Position numbers and translations under genes: made by a program. Below, in pieces: positions 57,868 through 64,000 of a stretch of DNA of 64,000 bases. This DNA comes from an uncultured candidate division Zixibacteria bacterium (GTDB taxonomy: Bacteria; Zixibacteria; MSB-5A5; UBA10806; 4484-95). The stretch lies in contig CAXXKA010000008.1 of assembly GCA_963668625.2 (NCBI GenBank), forward strand, positions 224,001 to 288,000. The letters are read 5' to 3'. The notes beneath the pieces are model-generated. The model searched no databases. It saw only the letters and a list, made by a program, of their open reading frames with translations, and was not told where the DNA came from. The first letter of the stretch is position 1. The number at the start of each line of letters is the position of its first letter.

Positions 57868-59103
57868 ATGAAAAAACAGATACTACTTATCATGCTGATC
57901 CTTTCGCTCCCCATGAACCTCCTCGCTCAAACCTGTGGCTGGATGGATTTGAGCGATAATATACCCTCTGTGAATGAAATCGCGCCTTTGTTAGATGTTG
58001 ATGTTATTGGTGATGAGGTATGGATTACAAGTAGTGGTGAAAACAGGATTTATTATAGTGATGGCGGCGGCTCAACCGAGTTCTCCTACATTGAAACCCC
58101 CTTCGAGCCATACTCGATCTATATGTTGACGCCGTTAGTCGGATACTGCGGCAGCGACGGGGCGGTTTATCGCACCAATGATGGTTGGCAAACATGGGGA
58201 CTACTTTTCCCATTGGCGGGATCATGGGTTACCTGTATTGATTTTCCATCCAATAGTGAACCCGGTTTTTTGAGCACTCTTGGTGGAAATACATATTTAG
58301 TAGATTCCACCGGTTTAACGGAAGTACCTATCGATGTGAGCGTGTCATTGTATAGTATATGTTTTCCTGAGTCATCCGATTTAGGCTGGGTTTGCGGCGA
58401 GGATATCTTATTCCAATTCATAGATAGCGTATGGATTGGAAGGGGAACGCCATTATGGGGCGTTAGCGGAGTTTGTTTTATAGATAATCTTAATGGTTGG
58501 GTCGTGGGGTATGATCTTCAAGGTAACGGGCAAATAGCGCATACATCAAATGGATTGAATTTTACTCTGCAAACCGATCCTAATCCCGAATTGGCGTGCC
58601 TTACAGATGTTGCTTTCTGTGATGATGGTTTGAACGGCTGGGCAATCGGTAATCGAGGTAAAATTCTTCACACGACAAACGGCGGTGAGACCTGGGTGCA
58701 GGAGGCTGAAGATATTAGCGAGAGGCTATTGAATGATATAGTAGCAGTTGATGAGCACACCGCATACATTGCCGGGGGGTATAACACATTCCTGAAATAC
58801 GGCGAGCTTACCAGTGTTGATTATAAGCAACCGTTGCCCTCGCGGGTAAGCCTTCACCAGAACTACCCCAACCCGTTCAACGCTACAACATCCATACGAT
58901 TTGAATTACCAGAGCAAATGGATGTCACATTACTGATATATAACCTGCTCGGGGTAAAGGTCGCAACACTCGCGAACGATAGTTACCCAGCCGGTGGCCA
59001 TATCATCAATTGGGATGCCTCCCCATACGCCAGCGGCATATATTTCTATAAACTCGATACAGGAGATTACACCGAGACTAAGAAGATGTTACTGATTAAA
59101 TAA
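57868..59103 (+). CDS. Secreted YCF48/BNR-like propeller protein with CTD
   Basis: Start ATG 57868 (RBS AGGAG); QTCGWMDLSD, RTNDGWQTW, HTTNGGETW, LHQNYPNPFN. Confidence 0.88.
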   Translation: MKKQILLIMLILSLPMNLLAQTCGWMDLSDNIPSVNEIAPLLDVDVIGDEVWITSSGENRIYYSDGGGSTEFSYIETPFEPYSIYMLTPLVGYCGSDGAVYRTNDGWQTWGLLFPLAGSWVTCIDFPSNSEPGFLSTLGGNTYLVDSTGLTEVPIDVSVSLYSICFPESSDLGWVCGEDILFQFIDSVWIGRGTPLWGVSGVCFIDNLNGWVVGYDLQGNGQIAHTSNGLNFTLQTDPNPELACLTDVAFCDDGLNGWAIGNRGKILHTTNGGETWVQEAEDISERLLNDIVAVDEHTAYIAGGYNTFLKYGELTSVDYKQPLPSRVSLHQNYPNPFNATTSIRFELPEQMDVTLLIYNLLGVKVATLANDSYPAGGHIINWDASPYASGIYFYKLDTGDYTETKKMLLIK

Positions 59104-59109
59104 AAAAAC

Positions 59110-59310
59110 TGTCATTCCCACAAAAGTGGGAAACTCCCGGCATTAGCAAACTGACAAACAGACCCCCGTTTTCACGGGAATGACATTCTTACTGCTTGTA
59201 GGGGCAAAGTTAACTTTACCCTGATAAGATCGGCCACACTGCTTGAAATATGCATAACATCAATTACAAGCATTCTGCCAAACCCAGGGTAGAGCGAGTT
59301 CTACCCCTAC
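59110..59310. repeat. Composite palindromic repeat: TGTCATTCCC...GGGAATGACA plus REPIN-like inverted GTAG pair
   Basis: 10-bp terminal inverted repeat at 59110-59185; GTAGGGGCAAAGTTAACTTTACCCTG at 59198 and its inverse CAGGGTAGAGCGAGTTCTACCCTAC ending at 59310. Confidence 0.72.
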
Positions 59311-59361
59311 AACGCCGTGATTGACAGAGTCCCATGCTTTCAATCCCAATGAATATTATAG

Positions 59362-59389
59362 TTGACAAACAGTCGCCGCACACTATATT
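59362..59389 (+). promoter_or_regulatory. sigma70-type promoter
   Basis: TTGACA-N16-TATATT about 70 nt upstream of ATG 59457. Confidence 0.7.
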
Positions 59390-59456
59390 TACATTATTGG
59401 GAGAGTTTCTAATTTCAATACAATTTATCATTTAACTCTATAAAGCGAGGTGCGTA

Positions 59457-60854
59457 ATGAAAACTAACGTGTCAATAATGATTGTGGCGCTTCTATGTTT
59501 CATGCTTGTCTTTAACGAATCAACCTCTGCCAGCACCATTAACATCCCAGCTGATTACCCGCATATACAGGATGGAATCGACGCCGCCAATGATGGTGAT
59601 ACTATTCTGGTAAATCCCGGCATTTACCTGGAAAATATCAATATCATGAAAGACCATATCGTGCTGGGCTCATTGTTTATTGTTACCGGTGATGAGTCCT
59701 ATATTGATGAAACGATCATCGATGGTGATTCGCTGGGGACTGTTATAAGAATGGGGGCCTACTTGAATGGAGCCGATGATGTTGTGATTGCTGGATTTAC
59801 GATTAAAAATGGCAATGGCGGCGGAATAAAATGTATCGGATCGTGTGAGATATCGAATAATATAATTCGCAATAACAGATCCCGTAAGGCGGGCGGGATT
59901 TATATCTATGGTAATGGCCTGATCATAAATAACCTGATCACTAAAAATCATGCCGGGGATGTCGGAGGTGGTATCGTATCGTATGGCGGTTCAAGTATCA
60001 TCAGAAACAACATTATCTCCCGCAATATCTCCGACCATACTACCGGCGGCGTACATATCGAGGATTCATATTATGTAACAGTCGAGAGCAATATAATTAT
60101 CGGAAATACCTCCGGAGGTAATGGAGGTGGCTTGATATTCTACACTGATAATACTCATTGCATCGTCAACAACAACCTGATCGCGAAAAATAGCTCGTCG
60201 GAAAATGCAGCCATGTCGTTTGCTTATGGAGATTACTATATGGCCAATAATACGATTGCCGATAACAGTGGTTCCGAATGCGGAATGCGCATTTGTGGCT
60301 TTGGTACCACAGTCGAAATGGTCAATAATATTCTCTGGAATAACGGCGGTACTGAAGTTTATGCCGGTGATGGTACACAGACACTTTTCTCGTACTGCGA
60401 TATTAGAGGAGGGTATTATGGCGAAGAGAATATCAATCTTAATCCGATGTTTTGTGATGTCGAAAATAACGATTACAACTTGATGGAGGAATCGCCGTGT
60501 ATCGGTACCGGCTATGAGGAGTCCAACATGGGAGCCTGCCCGGTTGGCTGCGAAAATATGGATATAGCAGATGACCCGGAGGGATTACCCACAGTCAGTA
60601 GCCTTCACCAGAACTACCCCAACCCATTCAACGCCACCACAAAAATAGAATTCAGCTTAGATCAAAGTCTGTACGTAAATCTCGAAATTTACAATATCCT
60701 GGGCGAGAGGATAAGCACGCCGGTAAATAATTACTTGGAAAAAGGTAACCATAGTATTATATTATTGTCAACAAACTTACCCACCGGGGTGTATTTCTAC
60801 AAGTTAAGAGCGGGAGAGTATAGTCAAACGAGGCGTATGTTATTACTGAAATAA
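59457..60854 (+). CDS. Secreted right-handed parallel beta-helix protein with CTD
   Basis: INIPADYPHIQDGIDAANDGDTILVNPGIYLENI, GGGI...I.NN.I..N repeats, LMEESPCIGTG, LHQNYPNPFN. Confidence 0.9.
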   Translation: MKTNVSIMIVALLCFMLVFNESTSASTINIPADYPHIQDGIDAANDGDTILVNPGIYLENINIMKDHIVLGSLFIVTGDESYIDETIIDGDSLGTVIRMGAYLNGADDVVIAGFTIKNGNGGGIKCIGSCEISNNIIRNNRSRKAGGIYIYGNGLIINNLITKNHAGDVGGGIVSYGGSSIIRNNIISRNISDHTTGGVHIEDSYYVTVESNIIIGNTSGGNGGGLIFYTDNTHCIVNNNLIAKNSSSENAAMSFAYGDYYMANNTIADNSGSECGMRICGFGTTVEMVNNILWNNGGTEVYAGDGTQTLFSYCDIRGGYYGEENINLNPMFCDVENNDYNLMEESPCIGTGYEESNMGACPVGCENMDIADDPEGLPTVSSLHQNYPNPFNATTKIEFSLDQSLYVNLEIYNILGERISTPVNNYLEKGNHSIILLSTNLPTGVYFYKLRAGEYSQTRRMLLLK

Positions 60855-60901
60855 TAGCGCGTATAACCGGGCTGTAAACAGCCGATTCGAAGGAGCGCTG
60901 T

Positions 60902-62380
60902 ATGAGGACGTTAAAATATCTCCTGGCTCTTACAATGATTTTCATACTATCTCAACCTCTATTCGCTCAAATGGCCGACACTGTCTGGACTAAACGATTC
61001 GGCGGCAACAGGTGGGATGAGGGCTCCTCCGTCCGCAGGCTTGATGACGGCGGATATATCATAACCGGCTACTCGGCCTCTTTCGGTGATGCTCTCGGTG
61101 ATTTCTACGTGGTTCGCACCGACTACCACGGCAATACAATTTGGGAAAACACCTATGGCGGCAATGATTGGGACTGGGCCTACTGCCTGGCTACCGCGCC
61201 CGCGGGAGGTTTCGTTACAGTAGGTTATTCGCAGTCTTTTGGCGAGGGAATCGGCACAATATATTTTATCAAAATTAACGGCGGCGGCCAGATCGAATGG
61301 ACGAAAACTTACGGCAGCCAGTTTAACGATGACGCCCGATGCGTACAACGAACCAAGCAACACGGTATCGGTAACGGTTACATTATCTGCGGCTGGACTC
61401 ATCACCCGGAATATATGCGCGATGTTTACCTGATACGAACCGACTACGACGGCGACACACTCTGGACGAAACGTTACGGCGAGGACAATGACGAGTTAGG
61501 TTACTGGGTATCGCAGACACCCGATTACGGCTATGTCGTTACGGGAGCTGTAAGGTATAACGATAATCTCTGCACCGATATGTACCTTCTGAAAACCGAC
61601 CCTTATGGTAATACGCTCTGGTCGCGAAATTACGGCGGAGAGAATTACGAATGCGCATACCAGGTGATTCAGGACTACCATAGCGGCGGCTACGTATTGA
61701 TAGGTGAATCCAAATCATTCGGCACTGGTGACTATGATATATATATGGTAAAAACGGATGCCGAGGGTGATACGGTCTGGACCAGAACATACGGCGGCCC
61801 CGGTGATGAGCACGGCTATAAAGTTTTATACGAACCGGATGGCTATGTCATCGTGGGATCAACTGAATCTTACGGCGCCGGTGATTTCGATATCTGGTTG
61901 ATAAAAACCGATGTTGATGGTAACGCTATCGGTGCACGAACATACGGCGGCCGCGGGTTCGATTATGGTTTCTCGGTTATCAAAACTGATAATAACGAAT
62001 ACCTGATAACAGGAACCACCGGATCATTCAGCAGTAACGGCACTTTTGATGCCTACCTGCTCAAAGTCCACCCCGACTTCACGGTAGGTATCGATGATGA
62101 TAATATGACCATTCCGGATGATATCGGCTTATCGCAAAACTATCCCAATCCGTTCAACGCTAAAACATCCATAAGATTTGAATTAACTAAACAGTCGCAA
62201 ATAACGCTTGATATATACGACGTTCTTGGAAATAAAATAACTACGTTAGCTAATGACATCTACCCGGCGGGCAATCATAATATCTCGTTTGATGCCTTCC
62301 GCTACGCCAGCGGTATATATTTCTATAAACTCGATACGGGAGACTACACCGAGACCAAGAAGATGTTGCTGATAAAATAA
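60902..62380 (+). CDS. Secreted beta-propeller repeat protein with CTD (same repeat type as 2486..4165)
   Basis: Repeats of 'D.YL.KTD..GDT.WTRTYGG...D.G..V..T.DGGY'; LSQNYPNPFNAKT. Confidence 0.88.
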   Translation: MRTLKYLLALTMIFILSQPLFAQMADTVWTKRFGGNRWDEGSSVRRLDDGGYIITGYSASFGDALGDFYVVRTDYHGNTIWENTYGGNDWDWAYCLATAPAGGFVTVGYSQSFGEGIGTIYFIKINGGGQIEWTKTYGSQFNDDARCVQRTKQHGIGNGYIICGWTHHPEYMRDVYLIRTDYDGDTLWTKRYGEDNDELGYWVSQTPDYGYVVTGAVRYNDNLCTDMYLLKTDPYGNTLWSRNYGGENYECAYQVIQDYHSGGYVLIGESKSFGTGDYDIYMVKTDAEGDTVWTRTYGGPGDEHGYKVLYEPDGYVIVGSTESYGAGDFDIWLIKTDVDGNAIGARTYGGRGFDYGFSVIKTDNNEYLITGTTGSFSSNGTFDAYLLKVHPDFTVGIDDDNMTIPDDIGLSQNYPNPFNAKTSIRFELTKQSQITLDIYDVLGNKITTLANDIYPAGNHNISFDAFRYASGIYFYKLDTGDYTETKKMLLIK

Positions 62381-62496
62381 CGGCGGATATCCCTGTCTAC
62401 CGCATAGGACAATATCGAAAAAAAACCCTATGGAATAATCCAAACAATTCATTGTATATATCATGCTGAAACTAAACGTAACGGAGGTGTAAATAC

Positions 62497-62991
62497 ATGA
62501 GAATAATCATTATTTCATTCTTACTGCTATCACTGATGATCGGAGGATGCCAAACCGTGGATAAACAAATTGATATCGCGGCTGAAAAAGCCATCATAGA
62601 AAAAGTAATTAAAAACAATATCGCCTGGGCTGTTACTAAAGACACTACCCTGCTATACAGCACGGTTGCCCAGGATGAGGACCTGTTTTATTTCAGCCCA
62701 TCGGATAACGGCACTATATCCGGGTTTGAGGCTTTTAAACAGCTTACCGAGGGCTTTTTCATGCATCCTGATTTCAAGGGTGTAGATTCCAACACTCGCG
62801 AGATGGTCATCCATATTTCGCAATCAGGGGATGCCGCCTGGTGGCATTGCCGTCTGGATGATTTTAACGAGTGGAAAGGTCAACCGGCAAACTGGGAGGA
62901 TTATCGCTGGTCGGGCGTACTGGAAAAACGCGAAGGCAAGTGGGTGATAGTCCAGATGCATTTCTCCAGGGCAACCGACAAAGCCGAGTAG
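62497..62991 (+). CDS. NTF2/SnoaL-like lipoprotein
   Basis: Lipobox-like IGGC; C-terminal RWSGVLEKREGKWVIVQMHFS. Confidence 0.82.
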   Translation: MRIIIISFLLLSLMIGGCQTVDKQIDIAAEKAIIEKVIKNNIAWAVTKDTTLLYSTVAQDEDLFYFSPSDNGTISGFEAFKQLTEGFFMHPDFKGVDSNTREMVIHISQSGDAAWWHCRLDDFNEWKGQPANWEDYRWSGVLEKREGKWVIVQMHFSRATDKAE

Positions 62992-63356
62992 AAATATCAA
63001 GATCATGTGGCCGGTAAACGGGGAGAGGCTATCCCATAATCAGGCAGATCACCTTATTGCCTGCTCCTCCCAAAGACAACCATAATAAGATGTTGAGCCA
63101 TTAACAAGTAAGCGGTTTATTGTTTTCAGCTAAACCGAATCATTTATATACGAGACGCTTTGGGGGCTGATCTCGCTAATCCGTTGCATTCCTTAAATCT
63201 AATTTAATAAGGGCACGCAGAGACGTGCGTTGCCCACATCAACGGAATTTGAGGTGAGGACGTATCGAAATACGCTTCCGGCGGGCAACTTATCTATTTT
63301 GTAGATAACTCTGCAACAGTAAAAAACGTCATTCCAGTTACTCTTATTCGGGCATA

Positions 63357-63384
63357 TTGACAAATATTATTTATGATTTATATT
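63357..63384 (+). promoter_or_regulatory. sigma70-type promoter
   Basis: TTGACA-N16-TATATT about 70 nt upstream of ATG 63452. Confidence 0.68.
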
Positions 63385-63451
63385 ATCATTGAGAGAACAA
63401 ACCGCCGGGAATGTTATCATTTTAAAACTTAAACGTTAGATGAGGTGTTGT

Positions 63452-64000
63452 ATGAGTTGTAAATCTATAGGAAAATTAGCGATCTTTTTTGTTCTAGCCG
63501 TTTTCTCGGCAGCCCTGGCCGATATCAATTGGACAGAACATGTCATCGATGATGACTTTGAGGATGCCTGGGGCGTTTACATATGCGATTTCGATAATGA
63601 CGGCGATATGGATATCATCGGTTGCTCAAAAGAGGATGGCATAGCCGGTTACGAAAACGATGGCATGCAGAATTTCGAAAAAGTCGTACAGGATAATACT
63701 ATCGGCAGCATTAACGCCATTGAGGCCGTCGATTTCGATGGCGACGGCTTACTCGATATCCTGGCCGCCGGCGAAGGGCACAGTAATGATGGTATCGTTG
63801 CCTGGTACCACAACAATGACTCATTGAGTTTCACTCGTTATGATATAACTACCGACCTGGAGTATTGCCAGCACGCCGAGGCAAAAGATATCGACAGCGA
63901 CGGTGATATCGATATCCTGGCATGCGGTAGCTGGAGTTACGAGATAGTCTGGTTCGAAAACGACGGCGAACAGGTTTTCACCCGTCACAGCATTATTGAT
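63452..64000 (+). CDS. Secreted FG-GAP/VCBS repeat protein, 5' part (runs off the right edge)
   Basis: RBS GAGGTG; MSCKSIGKLAIFFVLAVFSAALA-DINWTEHVID...DFDNDGDMDI, DFDGDGLLDI, DIDSDGDIDI. Confidence 0.87.
   Translation, partial: MSCKSIGKLAIFFVLAVFSAALADINWTEHVIDDDFEDAWGVYICDFDNDGDMDIIGCSKEDGIAGYENDGMQNFEKVVQDNTIGSINAIEAVDFDGDGLLDILAAGEGHSNDGIVAWYHNNDSLSFTRYDITTDLEYCQHAEAKDIDSDGDIDILACGSWSYEIVWFENDGEQVFTRHSIID

Overview
The window has three parts. (1) 1-30.6 kb is a minus-strand tandem array of five three-gene units with identical layout: sigma70-type promoter, TrmB-family regulator, secreted protein ending in a 'QNYPNPFN' T9SS-type-A/FlgD-like C-terminal domain (CTD), secreted acidic Cys-rich repeat protein ending in a dockerin-like domain, terminator. 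The leftmost unit runs off the window edge. The regulators and passenger domains are diverged and each regulator has its own inverted repeat at the promoter. The dockerin-coding DNA is almost identical between copies. (2) 30.9-34.4 kb is a junction with IS481/IS3-like and IS256-like remnants, an IS-truncated secreted protein, an Asp-box CTD protein and an unannotated 35-aa Lys-rich ORF. (3) 34.7-50.2 kb is a complete alternative complex III (actA-G) plus A2-type caa3 oxidase cluster with heme O/A synthases and two SCO proteins. It is followed (50.4-64 kb) by a plus-strand run of secreted proteins, mostly CTD-tagged, with homogenised 3' ends and REP-like intergenic palindromes. The abundance of CTD and dockerin-like tags suggests an FCB-affiliated organism such as Zixibacteria; this is inference only. 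All calls come from reading motifs by eye, with no database searches.
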